Positions 1-9,917 are shown, counted from the stretch's first letter. The stretch: DNA of 64,000 nucleotides from Thermoplasmata archaeon (GCA_034667725.1 JAXDQS010000001.1:303846-367845); one strand, 5' to 3'. The notes: a model not told the origin generated them from the letters alone. Translations and numbers: made by a program.

Positions 1-870
1 GTGGTGGCCGTGGACATCCGCGACCCCGCCCACCCGACGTTCGTGGACTTCCTGCCGGTGGCCGGCAGCCACAACCTCCAGTACGCCTCGATCGACGGGG
101 TGGACTACGTCTTCACCGCGAGCGTTGCCATCGTGCGCTTCGACCGCGCGGCCGGCGTGCTGGAGACGGTGGCCGAGGTCGACGGCGTGCATGACGTCAC
201 GGTGGCGCGCCACCCCGTCTCCGGAGCCCCGCTGCTGTTCACGGGCACCGGCGAGCTCTCGATCCACGACGTCAGCGACCCGACCAACCCCGTGCTGGTG
301 TTCGAGGGCAACGGCACCGAAGGCTGGACCGGCTGGCACGACCAGGCCGTCGTCCCCGCCCTCGTGGACGGCCGCGCCATCCTGCTGCTGGCCGGCGAGA
401 CCGACAGCGACACCGGCGCCCTGGTGGACGGCGAGGGCAGCCAGCTTCCCGACGCCGTCTACGTCGTGGACATCACCAACGCCTCCACGCCCGTCCTGCT
501 GGGCTCCTGGCAGCCGCCCTACGACCCGCTGCTCCCCTGGGCCGGCTACCAGTACAGCGTCCACGAGATGGCCGCCACCTCGACGGGCCAGGTCGCCATC
601 GCCTGGTACCACGCCGGCGCCTGGGTCATCGACGTCTCGACCCTGGTCCGCCAAGCCCAGCCCGTCACGCTGGCCGCGTTCCAGCCGCACGAGCCGGTCT
701 CGGCGCTGCCGCCCAGCACGTTCCCGCTGGCGCCGGTGCCCTACACGCCGTTCGTCTGGGGCGTCGCCTGGCACCGCAGCGGCCACCTCGTCGTCCCCGA
801 CGCCCACACCGGCCTCTACGTCCTTGCGCCCGAGTGGGGGCTGATCCCGACCCTCGACGGCGGGCAGTAG
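1..870 (+). CDS. LVIVD-repeat beta-propeller protein, 5'-truncated by window edge
   Basis: Repeated 'V(V/I)D(I/V)(R/S/T)(D/N)P..P' motifs (VDIRDPAHP, HDVSDPTNP, VDITNASTP), plus 'AWYHAGAWVID' and 'DAHTGLYVL' typical of LVIVD propellers; stop TAG 868-870. Confidence 0.75.
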   Translation: MVAVDIRDPAHPTFVDFLPVAGSHNLQYASIDGVDYVFTASVAIVRFDRAAGVLETVAEVDGVHDVTVARHPVSGAPLLFTGTGELSIHDVSDPTNPVLVFEGNGTEGWTGWHDQAVVPALVDGRAILLLAGETDSDTGALVDGEGSQLPDAVYVVDITNASTPVLLGSWQPPYDPLLPWAGYQYSVHEMAATSTGQVAIAWYHAGAWVIDVSTLVRQAQPVTLAAFQPHEPVSALPPSTFPLAPVPYTPFVWGVAWHRSGHLVVPDAHTGLYVLAPEWGLIPTLDGGQ

Positions 871-872
871 GG

Positions 873-1322
873 TTGCTCCGGCCCGCGACCCTCGCCGACC
901 TGCCGTTGCTGGCCCGCCACCGCCGCGCCATGTGGGAGGCCATGGGCACGCTGGCCCCTGGCGCGCCCGACGCGAGCGAGGCGAACTATGCCCGCTGGCT
1001 GGCCGACGGCATGGCGTCCGGCGCGGTCGTCGGCTGGGTGGCCGAGGGGGACCAAGGCAGCGGGCTGCTGTGGTTCCAGCCCTGGCACCCGCGGCCCCAC
1101 ATCCCGCAAGGCACCATCCCCTACCTGCTGTCGGTATTCGTGGAGCCCGCCGCCCGCGGCCAAGGCATCGCCCGCGCCATCGCCGAGGCCGCCATCGCCG
1201 CCACGCAGGCCGCTGGGCACCCTCGCCTGGCGCTGCACGCCTCCGAGGCCGGCCGGCCCGTCTATGCTGCCCTCGGGTTCCGGCCAGGCCGCGAGATGAC
1301 GCTCGACGTCGCGAAGCCTTGA
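873..1322 (+). CDS. GNAT family N-acetyltransferase
   Basis: 'LRPATLADLP' N-terminus, motif A 'VFVEPAARGQGIA', motif B 'LHASEAGRPVYAALGF'; in-frame TTG at 873 chosen as start. Confidence 0.85.
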   Translation: MLRPATLADLPLLARHRRAMWEAMGTLAPGAPDASEANYARWLADGMASGAVVGWVAEGDQGSGLLWFQPWHPRPHIPQGTIPYLLSVFVEPAARGQGIARAIAEAAIAATQAAGHPRLALHASEAGRPVYAALGFRPGREMTLDVAKP

Positions 1323-1342
1323 AGGCCCACGCCCGTGCCGGC

Positions 1343-1783
1343 ATGATGCCCGCGGAGTCAATGCCCGACCGGATCCAGGCGATGTTCGCCGGCACCCACC
1401 CCAGCCCCGCCTACGACCGCCACATGGGCTTCCGCCTCGTGTCCTGGAGCCCCCAGGGCGCCGTCGTGGAGGCCGAGGCCGGCGGCCACTTCACCAACCC
1501 CGCGGGCGTCCTGCACGGCGGAGTGCTCGCCGGCCTCGCTGACTCCGCCATGGGCCTCACGACGCTCGGGCTCGTGGCCCCGGGCGAGTCCACCACCAAC
1601 ACCGACCTGCACATCCGGTTCCTGCGGCCCACCACGGCCGGCACGCTGCGCGCCACGGCGCGGGTGCTGCGGCGCGGCCGCCGCACCATGGCCCTGGAGT
1701 GCGACGTGGCCGACGAGCAGGGCCGGCTGGTGGCGCGGGCCAGCAGCAGCTTCCTGGTCCTGGCCGACGGCGCCGCGCGGTAG
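1343..1783 (+). CDS. PaaI family hotdog-fold thioesterase
   Basis: 'NPAGVLHGGVLAGLADSAMG' and 'TDLHIRFLRP' motifs; alternative start at 1361. Confidence 0.9.
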   Translation: MMPAESMPDRIQAMFAGTHPSPAYDRHMGFRLVSWSPQGAVVEAEAGGHFTNPAGVLHGGVLAGLADSAMGLTTLGLVAPGESTTNTDLHIRFLRPTTAGTLRATARVLRRGRRTMALECDVADEQGRLVARASSSFLVLADGAAR

Positions 1784-1814
1784 TTGCGGCCCCGGCCCAT
1801 TTTGGCCAACGAGC

Positions 1815-1824
1815 TTTAATAAAA
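1815..1824 (+). promoter_or_regulatory. Candidate archaeal TATA box of the eCIS operon
   Basis: TTTAATAAAA in otherwise very GC-rich DNA, about 70 nt upstream of the sheath ATG (1893). Confidence 0.6.
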
Positions 1825-1892
1825 GACACGGATGGAACTGTCCCCCCTCCGGGCCTGACGGCCTGGCGCGCGGGCCCCAGGCAGGCCGACCC

Positions 1893-4106
1893 ATGCCCAC
1901 CACCCCCAGCTACCCAGGAGTCTACATCGAGGAGGTGCCCAGCGACGTCAAGACCATCGTGGGCGTCGCGACCGCCCGCACCGCCTTCGTCGGCCGCGCC
2001 CTGCGCGGGCCGCTGGACGAGCCGGTGCGCATCACCAGCTTCGGCGACTTCGAGCGCCGCTTCGGCGGCCTGTGGCGCGCGAGCACGCTTGGCTACGCCG
2101 TCCGGCAGTACTTCCAGAACGGCGGCGGCGACGCGGTCATCGTCCGGGTCTCGAATCCCGAACCGCAGAAGGACGCCAACGGCAACGTGCTGGTCGCGGA
2201 ACACGCCACCGCCACCGCCTCGCTCGGCCAGGCCACCACCGTGCGCTTCGAGGCGGCCACCGCGGGCGCCGGCGGCAACGGCATCACCGTCGCCATCTCG
2301 CGCAGCAGCGTGGCGGGCCAAGCCAACGACCCGGCCCGGTTCGACGCGGCCGTCACCGGCACCGACTCAAACGGCCACCCGGACACCCGCCAGTTCGCGG
2401 GCCGCACCCTTGCCCAGCTCCAAGGCAACCTGGCCAACGCCCAGTCCTACGTCACAATGCCCAGCGCTCCCGCAGGGGTCCTGCTGGAGCGCGCCACCGC
2501 CACGCTGGCAGGCGGCGCCGATGCCGTGGCCGCCTGGCAGGAGCTGAAGGCCGGTGCCAGCCCCGTCGCCATCCTGGAGGCCGTGACGCCCGGCGTGGCC
2601 GGCAACACCATCGCCGTCACCGTCGGCACCGCCACCGACGGCACCGGCGCCAAGTTCAACCTCACCATCTCCCAAGGCGCCACCTCGGTGGAGCTCGAGG
2701 ACCAGACGGCCGCCACCCTGGGCGCCGCCATCGCGGCCGACGCGACCGCCCAGGGCCTTGTCCGGCTTGCGACCGATTCTCCGACCAATCCGGTCGGCCG
2801 CCCGCCCAACGGCGGCCCGACGCCGCTTGCCGGCGGCGCCGACGCCAAGCCCGCGGGCGTGGACGCTGTTGGCTACGCCGACCCGCCGGGCGTCATGAAG
2901 CTCGAGGCCGCCAACCCCGGCCTCTGGGGCAACAGGCTGACGGCCACGGTGAACCACAAGGGCGAGCAGGCCGTCGCCGACGCCAAGAAGTTCAACCTGC
3001 TGCTGGAGGAGCGGGACGGCCGCGGCGACGTGGTGGCGCTCGAGGCGCACCTCAACGTCTCCGTGGACTCCGGCGACAAGCGGCGCGTCGACCGCGTCCT
3101 TGCGACCCAGTCGGCCTTTGCGCGCCTCGTGGACGGATTGCCCGCCGAGCGTCCGCCGGAGCGCACCCTGCTATGGTTCGCGGGCGGCGCCGACGGCCCC
3201 GACATCACGGACGCCCTGCTGCAGGGCAGCCCAGGCACCAAGACCGGCCTGTTCGCGCTCGAGAAGGAGGACCTGTTCAACATCCTCTGCATCCCGCCGC
3301 CCACCCGCGAGGGCGACGTCAAGGAGGCGACCTGGACGGTGGCGATGGGCTACTGCGAGAAGCGCCGCGCCATGCTGCTGGTGGACCCGCCGCGCGACGT
3401 GGAGAGCGTCGATGCGGCTCGCGCGGCCCTCGACTCGGGCCTCTTCAGCAAGCTGCGCCACCCGAACGTGGTGTTCAACTTCCCGCTGCTGGAGATGCCG
3501 GACCCGCTCATGGAGGACCGGCCCGAGAAGTTCGTCCCGAGCGCCGCCGTCGCGGGCCTCTACGCCCGCACCGACGCCGCCCGCGGCGTCTGGAAGGCCC
3601 CCGCCGGCCAGGAAGCCAGCCTGCGCGGCGTCCACAAGCTCGCCGTCAAGCTCACCGACCCCGAACACGGCTACCTCAACCCGCTCGGCCTCAACTGCGC
3701 CCGCACCTTCCCGGTGACGGGCACGGTGATGTGGGGCGCGCGCACCAGCCGCGGCGCCGACCAGCTTGCCTCCGAGTGGAAGTACGTCCCCGTGCGCCGC
3801 ACCGCGCTCTACATCGAGGAGACCCTGTTCCGCGGCACGCAATGGGTCGTGTTCGAGCCCAACGACGAGGACCTGTGGGCGCAAATCCGCCTCAACGTCG
3901 GCGCCTTCATGCACGACCTGTTCCGCAAGGGCGCGTTCCAGGGCGCCAGCGCCAAGGACGCCTACTTCGTCAAGTGCGACGGCGAGTCCACGCCCCAATC
4001 GGACATCGACAAGGGCATCGTCAACATCCTGGTGGGGTTCGCCCCGCTCAAGCCCGCCGAGTTCGTGTTCGTCAAACTCAGCCAGATGACCAAGCGAGGT
4101 GCCTAG
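1893..4106 (+). CDS. Contractile tail sheath protein (Afp2/3/4-like)
   Basis: N-terminal 'YPGVYIEEVPS', 'RGVWKAPAG', 'WGART', 'WKYVPVRR', 'WVVFEPN', C-terminal 'GFAPLKPAEFV'. Confidence 0.97.
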   Translation: MPTTPSYPGVYIEEVPSDVKTIVGVATARTAFVGRALRGPLDEPVRITSFGDFERRFGGLWRASTLGYAVRQYFQNGGGDAVIVRVSNPEPQKDANGNVLVAEHATATASLGQATTVRFEAATAGAGGNGITVAISRSSVAGQANDPARFDAAVTGTDSNGHPDTRQFAGRTLAQLQGNLANAQSYVTMPSAPAGVLLERATATLAGGADAVAAWQELKAGASPVAILEAVTPGVAGNTIAVTVGTATDGTGAKFNLTISQGATSVELEDQTAATLGAAIAADATAQGLVRLATDSPTNPVGRPPNGGPTPLAGGADAKPAGVDAVGYADPPGVMKLEAANPGLWGNRLTATVNHKGEQAVADAKKFNLLLEERDGRGDVVALEAHLNVSVDSGDKRRVDRVLATQSAFARLVDGLPAERPPERTLLWFAGGADGPDITDALLQGSPGTKTGLFALEKEDLFNILCIPPPTREGDVKEATWTVAMGYCEKRRAMLLVDPPRDVESVDAARAALDSGLFSKLRHPNVVFNFPLLEMPDPLMEDRPEKFVPSAAVAGLYARTDAARGVWKAPAGQEASLRGVHKLAVKLTDPEHGYLNPLGLNCARTFPVTGTVMWGARTSRGADQLASEWKYVPVRRTALYIEETLFRGTQWVVFEPNDEDLWAQIRLNVGAFMHDLFRKGAFQGASAKDAYFVKCDGESTPQSDIDKGIVNILVGFAPLKPAEFVFVKLSQMTKRGA

Positions 4107-4107
4107 A

Positions 4108-4632
4108 ATGGTTCAGTTCAGCGTCAACAGCCACCGGTTCGACCCGTACAAGAACTTCAAGTTCAAGGTGAAGTGGGACGGCGAGTACGTCGCCGGCATC
4201 AGCAAGGTCAGCGCCCTCAAGCGCACCACCGAGGTCGTCGAGCACCGCGAAGGCGGCGACCCCTCGAGCGGCCGCAAGAGCCCCGGCCGCACCAAGTTCG
4301 AGCCCATCACGCTGGAGCGCGGCGTCACCCACGACAAGGAGTTCGAGCAGTGGGCCAACAAGGTGTGGAACATCACCGGCGGCACCAGCGCCGAGACCAG
4401 CCTCAAGGACTTCCGCAAGGACCTGGTCATCGACGTATTCAACGAGGCCGGCCAGAAGGTGGTGTCCTACCGCGTCTACCGCGCCTGGGTGTCCGAGTTC
4501 CAGGCCCAGGCCGACCTCGACGCCAACGCCAACGCCGTCCTGATCCAGAGCATCAAGCTGGAGAACGAAGGCTGGCTGCGCGACGACGCCGTGGCCGAGC
4601 CCACCGAAGGCAGCTTCGTCCTGCCCGAGTGA
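4108..4632 (+). CDS. Tail tube protein (T4 gp19-like, Afp1/5-like)
   Basis: 'DPYKNFKFKV', 'HREGG', 'PGRTKFEPITLERG'; SD-like GAGGTG at 4096-4101 supports ATG 4108. Confidence 0.96.
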   Translation: MVQFSVNSHRFDPYKNFKFKVKWDGEYVAGISKVSALKRTTEVVEHREGGDPSSGRKSPGRTKFEPITLERGVTHDKEFEQWANKVWNITGGTSAETSLKDFRKDLVIDVFNEAGQKVVSYRVYRAWVSEFQAQADLDANANAVLIQSIKLENEGWLRDDAVAEPTEGSFVLPE

Positions 4633-5414
4633 GCCGCGTGGCGGGCGTGACGGTCCGTGTGCCGCACGGACTCTGGGACGACGGGGCTTGCCACAGGCAG
4701 GCCGTGCTGCACCCGCCCGGCTGGGAGGCCGTCGCCGCCTTGGCCGGCGCGGACCACCTGCCGGCGGCGGCGTGGACGACCCAGGTCCTGGCCGCCTGCG
4801 TCGAGCCGTTGCCGGGCCGCGACGTCCTGGCGACCGCCGCGGCATGGACCCTCGGCGACCGTGCCGCGCTGCTCCTGGAGGTCCACCGCCTGCTGACGGG
4901 CGGCCCGCTCGCCATCGTCGCCGACTGCCCGTCCTGCAAGGCCACCATGGAGGCCGAGCTCGGCCCCGACGACCTGCGGCCGCCCGAGCGCGCCTCCAGC
5001 CCTTGGCACGACACCACCGTCGCAGGCGTCCGGGTGCGGTTCCGCGTCCCGACCGGCGCCGACCTGGAGGCCGCCGACGGCACGGCGGGCGCGCTGCTGC
5101 GGCGCATCGTGCTGGCGCAGGACGGCGACGTGCCGGCGGACCTGCTGGAGGCGCACCTGTCCGACCAGGTGGCCGAGCTGGACCCGCAAGCCGAGATCCT
5201 GCTCGCGTTGGCGTGCCCCGCGTGCGCCGCCCCCGTGGACGCCCTGCTGGACCCCGTCGTCCACGTGCGCGCCGACCTCGCCCGCGCCGCCGAGCGCACC
5301 GCGCTGGAGGTCCATGGCCTCGCGCGCCACTACGGCTGGAGCGAGCAGGCCATCCTCGCGCTGCCGGCCGAGCGCCGGGCCCGCTACCTCGCCTTGGTCG
5401 GGGAGGCGCCATGA
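4629..5414 (+). CDS. Baseplate hub/tail assembly chaperone-like protein with CxxC pairs and a DUF6760-like C-terminus
   Basis: 'CPSC', 'FRVPTGADL', 'CPAC', 'EVHGLARHYGWSEQAILAL'; GTGA overlap with the tube stop. Confidence 0.7.
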   Translation: MSRVAGVTVRVPHGLWDDGACHRQAVLHPPGWEAVAALAGADHLPAAAWTTQVLAACVEPLPGRDVLATAAAWTLGDRAALLLEVHRLLTGGPLAIVADCPSCKATMEAELGPDDLRPPERASSPWHDTTVAGVRVRFRVPTGADLEAADGTAGALLRRIVLAQDGDVPADLLEAHLSDQVAELDPQAEILLALACPACAAPVDALLDPVVHVRADLARAAERTALEVHGLARHYGWSEQAILALPAERRARYLALVGEAP

Positions 5415-6517
5415 GCCTGCTCGCCCGCCTGGCGGCCCGCGGCGCCACCCCCGTCCGCGCCCTTGGCCGGGCGGCGCCTGCCGGCGCGCCCTGGGCCGCG
5501 GGCGCGGCGGAGGCGCCGGCGGCCGCGCCAGCCCCGGTGTCCACGCCAGCCCCAGCGCAGGCTGTCGTGCCCCGGACGCCTGTGCCTGAGCCTGCCCCCG
5601 TCCCTGGGATGTTGGCCGTCCCGGCGCAGGCAGCGCCGCCGGTGCCGTCGCCGCTTGCGGCCCCAACGGTCCCAGCGGGGCAAGCGGAGCCGGCGAGCGT
5701 GGCGGCCCTGGCCGCGCCGACGCCAACGGCGATGGCCATGCCGGCGCCGGAAATCGGCGGCGTGGACCCGCCTGCGCCGGCCGCGGTCGCGGCGGCGGCG
5801 CCCGCGCCGCGCCGGCAGGCCGGCCCGGCGCCCGCCGTCCAACCGCAACCCGGCCGGGCGGTCGCCACCGTTGCGGTGCCTGCCATAGCAAGCCGGCCGC
5901 AACCTAGCTTCAGGGAGGCGGCTGAGCGGGTAGAACAGTCGGGTCGCGCGGAACGCGCCGAACCCGCGGAACGCTCCGAGCGTGCCGAGCCTGCCGAGCG
6001 CGTCGAACGTGCCGAACGTTCCGAGCGCATCGACCCGCCCGCGCAGGCCCCGACGCCCGCCGGTCGCGTCGTGGCCAAGCCCACGCCGACGCCAGCGCCG
6101 AAGTCACCGCCGATGCCACCGCCGATGCTGGTGCCGACGCGGGCCGCCCCGCCCACGCCGTCCGCGCCTGCGCTGCCGGCTCCCGCCAAGCCCACGCCCA
6201 TGGCCGCGCCGGCCGCGCCTCCCGCACCGCGCCCAGCCGCCGTGGCCGCCCGGCCCGCCCCGGTCGCTGCTCGGCCGGCGCCGCCGTCCATGCCCGTCGC
6301 GCCCTGGGCGGCCGCGGCCGGCCGCGCCGCGGCTGCGCCGCCGGCGGCGGCCGGGGCGTCGCAGGCCCGGCCGCAAGTCCACGTGCGCATCGGGTCGGTC
6401 GAGCTGCGCGCGCCGCCCGCCGCGCCGGCGCCCGCGGCGCCGGCCCGCGCGCCGGCGGCGGCGCCCGACTTGGGCGGCTACGCGGCGCTGCGCAGCCATG
6501 CCTGGGGGGACCCTTGA
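5411..6517 (+). CDS. Pro/Ala-rich low-complexity eCIS-associated protein
   Basis: ATGA overlap and GGAGG upstream; C-terminal 'VHVRIGSVELRA' resembles a motif I recall in similar eCIS loci. Confidence 0.65.
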   Translation: MSLLARLAARGATPVRALGRAAPAGAPWAAGAAEAPAAAPAPVSTPAPAQAVVPRTPVPEPAPVPGMLAVPAQAAPPVPSPLAAPTVPAGQAEPASVAALAAPTPTAMAMPAPEIGGVDPPAPAAVAAAAPAPRRQAGPAPAVQPQPGRAVATVAVPAIASRPQPSFREAAERVEQSGRAERAEPAERSERAEPAERVERAERSERIDPPAQAPTPAGRVVAKPTPTPAPKSPPMPPPMLVPTRAAPPTPSAPALPAPAKPTPMAAPAAPPAPRPAAVAARPAPVAARPAPPSMPVAPWAAAAGRAAAAPPAAAGASQARPQVHVRIGSVELRAPPAAPAPAAPARAPAAAPDLGGYAALRSHAWGDP

Positions 6518-7857
6518 TGCTCCAGCAGCAGCACCAGATGCTGTCGGCGGTGACGCACACGCTGACGGAGCTGCTGAAGAAGCGCATGGCCAACCCGCCG
6601 GGGACCATCCAGAGCCTGCCGCCGGACGTCCAGGTCAAGGACCCGCCGGGGCCGAAGCGCCTCAACCTGTTCCTCTACCGCGTCGTCGAGAACCCGTTCT
6701 TGAAGAACCACGACGCCGGCGCGTCCGCGGGCAGCTTCGGCCGGCCGCCCCTGAGCCTCGACCTGCACTTCCTCATGACGGCGTACGGCGGCAGCGACGA
6801 GGACAGCAAGGGCGCCCAGGAGATCCTCGGCGACGCCATGGCGGTGTTCCACGACCACGCCATCGTGCGCGCGTCCGACCCGGCGTACGCCGACGTGCGC
6901 GACCCGTTGCTGGACGACGCGTTCGAGCATGTCCGCATCGGCCTGGAGCCCATCACGACGGAGGACCTGACGAAGGTGTGGACCTCGCTCACGGTCCCGT
7001 ACCGCCTGTCGGTCGCCTACGTGGTCACCGTGGCGCAGATCAAGAGCCGCACGCCCCGCAAGGCCGCGCCGCTGGTGCGCGGCGGCGACCGCGATTCCCG
7101 GCCGCTCTCGGGCCACGACGGGACCCCGGCGGCGGAGCTGGCGCGGATGGAGGGCCGCCGCCTCCAGGTGACGGCGTTCGAGCCGCCGGTGCTGGAGTCG
7201 GTGATGGTGCTGCGTCCCGGCGACCTGGACGACGCGCCGCCGCACGTGGCTTACGCCGCCATCGGCGACCGGCTGGTGCTGCGCGGCCGGAACCTCGGGC
7301 GGCCCCAAGCCGAGGGCGGGCAGCCCGCGTTCGTGCAGGTGGGCCCGCTCCGGCTCGCCGTGCCGCCGGCCACGCACGCGCCCAACCGCATCGTGATGCC
7401 GCTGCCCGACGACCCGGCCTTGCAAGCGGGGCCATGCAGCGTCCACGTCGCCGTCGAGCAGGGCAGCGGTCGCCTCCTGACCACCAACCGCCGGCCGGTG
7501 CTCGTCATCCCGTTCGTGGAGTCGGCGTGGAAGACGACGGCGCAGGTGCCCGACGAGGACAACCCCGCGCCGCCGGGCCAGCCGCAGCCGCAGAAGACCG
7601 TCGACGCCGTGGGCGTGCGCGGCACCCGGCTGTTCCGTCCGGGCGTCGAGTGCAGCACCATCCTGAGCGCCCCCGGCGGCGCGACCATCCAGGTCCCGGG
7701 CGAGCGCTACCTCGAGTGGCAGCCCGGCGGCGCCGGCCAGCCGCAGGAGATCCTGGTCCCGCTGCCGGCCGGCGTCGACGCCGCCGGCATGGGCGTCCGC
7801 GTCCTGGTGGACGGCCACGAGAACCTGCCCCGCCCCGGCCTGGAGGTGGCGCCGTGA
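6517..7857 (+). CDS. DUF4255/Pvc16 (Afp16-like) cap/terminator protein with C-terminal IPT/TIG-like extension
   Basis: 'LNLFLYRVVENP', 'PPLSLDLHFLMTAY', 'LTKVWTSL..PYRLSVAYVV'; later 'IGDRLVLRGRNL'. Confidence 0.88.
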   Translation: MLQQQHQMLSAVTHTLTELLKKRMANPPGTIQSLPPDVQVKDPPGPKRLNLFLYRVVENPFLKNHDAGASAGSFGRPPLSLDLHFLMTAYGGSDEDSKGAQEILGDAMAVFHDHAIVRASDPAYADVRDPLLDDAFEHVRIGLEPITTEDLTKVWTSLTVPYRLSVAYVVTVAQIKSRTPRKAAPLVRGGDRDSRPLSGHDGTPAAELARMEGRRLQVTAFEPPVLESVMVLRPGDLDDAPPHVAYAAIGDRLVLRGRNLGRPQAEGGQPAFVQVGPLRLAVPPATHAPNRIVMPLPDDPALQAGPCSVHVAVEQGSGRLLTTNRRPVLVIPFVESAWKTTAQVPDEDNPAPPGQPQPQKTVDAVGVRGTRLFRPGVECSTILSAPGGATIQVPGERYLEWQPGGAGQPQEILVPLPAGVDAAGMGVRVLVDGHENLPRPGLEVAP

Positions 7858-9917
7858 ACGGCGGCAACGACTGGCACGCCCGCAACCTGGCCTATCTCGA
7901 CCTGCACCTGGCCGGGCTGCGCGCGCGCATCGCCCGCGAGGCCGAGACGATGCGCACGGCGTGGCGCGCCGACCCGCTGCACGGCGCCGGCGTCGTCAGC
8001 GACGAGGAGGCCGATCACCTGCTCGCCCGGACCCTGACCCCCGCCGACGTGGCCGCAGCGCCCGAGGTCGCGCAGGCCCGCCGCTGGTTCGACAAGCACG
8101 GCGCGCCGCCCGCGCTCGACCGCCTCGGCGCCCGCCTCGGCCTCGACCCGACCGACCTGGACGTCGTCGTCCTCTGCCTCGCGCCGCACCTCGACCCCGC
8201 GTTCGCGCGGCTCTACGCCTACCTCCAGGACGACGCGCGCAGCACCCGCCCGACTCCGGACCTGGCGCGTCGGCTGCTCGGCCCGCACGCCAGCCTCGCC
8301 CGCTTCCTGCCCGACCGGCCGCTGCGCGCCGGCCTGGTCGTGCGCGTCGACGGCGAGCCCGAGCCCGCCACCCCGCTTGCCAGCCACGCCCTGGCGCTCG
8401 ACGAACGCACCGTCGCCTTCCTGGTCGGCGAGCAGGCCGGCGACCCCGCCCTGCGCGACCTGTTGGAGCCCGTGCCCGACAGCCCGCGCACCGAGGCCCA
8501 CGCCCAAGTGGCCGCCAACGTGCTGGCCTGGCTGCGCGACGAGGCCGAAGCCCCGCTCTTGGACCTGCGCGGCCGCCCCGCCAGCGGCCGCCGCGCCGTC
8601 GCGCACGCCATCGCCGCAGGGCTCCGCCTGCGGCTGATGCTGCTGCACGCCGACCGGCTGCCCGCGGCGGGCGCCGAGCGCGACCGCGCGCTGCGGCTGC
8701 TGCGGCGCGAGAGCCTGCTCGGCCGGGTGGCCATCCTGGTGGACGCCGGCGACGCCGGCCCGCCGCTCGACGTGCTGCGCTGCGGCGCGTTCTGCGTCGT
8801 CGCGAGCACCACCACTTGGCAGGCGCCGCCCGGCACCGTGCGCGTCGACGTGCCCGCCCCCGACGCGCCCGCCCAAGTCCGCCTCTGGACGCGCGCCCTC
8901 CAGGACGCCGGCGTCGACGTGGACGCCAGCCTCGCCCACGGCCTGCCACAACTGGTCCAGCAGGTGCAGGCGCCGCCGACCGAACTGGCGGGCCTGGTCG
9001 CCGGCGCCCGCCGCGCCGCCCGCCTCCAGGGCCGGGCGCTTGCGGTCGACGACCTCCGGAAGGCGTGCGCCGACCACGTCGCCGTGTCGCTGGGCGAGGC
9101 CGCGCGCCGCATCGAGCCCAGCGCCACCATGGACGACCTCGTGCTGCTGCCCGACGCCAAGGCCCAGCTTCGGGAAATCATCGCCCAGGTGCGCGGCCGC
9201 ACCTTGGTGTACGACGAGTGGGGCTTCGCGCGGCCCGACGCCCGCGGCCGCGGCGTCACGGTGCTGTTCAGCGGCGCCAGCGGCACGGGCAAGACCATGG
9301 CCGCCGAGGTGCTGGCCGCGTCCCTCGGGCTGGAGCTCTACAGCATCGACCTCGCAAGTGTGGTCAGCAAGTACGTCGGCGAGACCGAGAAGAACCTGCG
9401 CCGCGTGTTCGACGCCGCCGACCGCAGCGGCGTGCTGCTGCTGTTCGACGAGGCCGACGCGCTCTTTGCCAACCGCACCGAGGTGCGCGACAGCCACGAC
9501 CGCTACGCCAACCTCGAGGTCGACTACCTGCTGCAACGCATGGAGTCCTATCGCGGCCTCGCCGTGCTCGCCACCAACCGCAAGTCCAGCATCGACGCCG
9601 CCTTCCTGCGCCGCATCCGCTTCCAGGTCGAGTTCCCGTTCCCCGACCAGAAGGCCCGCGCCGTGCTGTGGGCCAAGGTGTTCCCCGCCGCCATCCGCCC
9701 CGACCTGGACTGGAACCAGCTGGCGCTGTTGGAGCTCACCGGCGCCGGCATCCGCAACACCGCCCTCAACGCCGCCTTCCTCGCCGCCGCCCGCACGCCG
9801 CCCGCCATCACCCACGACGACGTGCTGCACGCCGCCCGCCGCGAGTTCGCCAAGCTCGACCGCACCCCCGACCGCGCCGCCTTCGCGCCCGCCGTCGCCG
9901 CGAGGACCCGCGCATGA
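7854..9917 (+). CDS. eCIS AAA+ ATPase (Afp15/Pvc15-like)
   Basis: Walker A GASGTGKT, 'VVSKYVGETEKNL', Walker B LLLFDEAD, 'DRYANLEVDYLLQRME', 'AFLRR'; GGAGGTG upstream of the GTG. Confidence 0.95.
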   Translation: MNGGNDWHARNLAYLDLHLAGLRARIAREAETMRTAWRADPLHGAGVVSDEEADHLLARTLTPADVAAAPEVAQARRWFDKHGAPPALDRLGARLGLDPTDLDVVVLCLAPHLDPAFARLYAYLQDDARSTRPTPDLARRLLGPHASLARFLPDRPLRAGLVVRVDGEPEPATPLASHALALDERTVAFLVGEQAGDPALRDLLEPVPDSPRTEAHAQVAANVLAWLRDEAEAPLLDLRGRPASGRRAVAHAIAAGLRLRLMLLHADRLPAAGAERDRALRLLRRESLLGRVAILVDAGDAGPPLDVLRCGAFCVVASTTTWQAPPGTVRVDVPAPDAPAQVRLWTRALQDAGVDVDASLAHGLPQLVQQVQAPPTELAGLVAGARRAARLQGRALAVDDLRKACADHVAVSLGEAARRIEPSATMDDLVLLPDAKAQLREIIAQVRGRTLVYDEWGFARPDARGRGVTVLFSGASGTGKTMAAEVLAASLGLELYSIDLASVVSKYVGETEKNLRRVFDAADRSGVLLLFDEADALFANRTEVRDSHDRYANLEVDYLLQRMESYRGLAVLATNRKSSIDAAFLRRIRFQVEFPFPDQKARAVLWAKVFPAAIRPDLDWNQLALLELTGAGIRNTALNAAFLAAARTPPAITHDDVLHAARREFAKLDRTPDRAAFAPAVAARTRA

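Noticed and set aside
5982-7853. Long N-terminal extensions in the ORF track (ATPase from 5982, J2 from 19255, gpI-like from 20919, eno from 45229, purE from 38044, folD from 59231)
   Set aside because: Extensions overlap other real genes; true starts are marked by stop/start overlaps, SD motifs and conserved N-termini.
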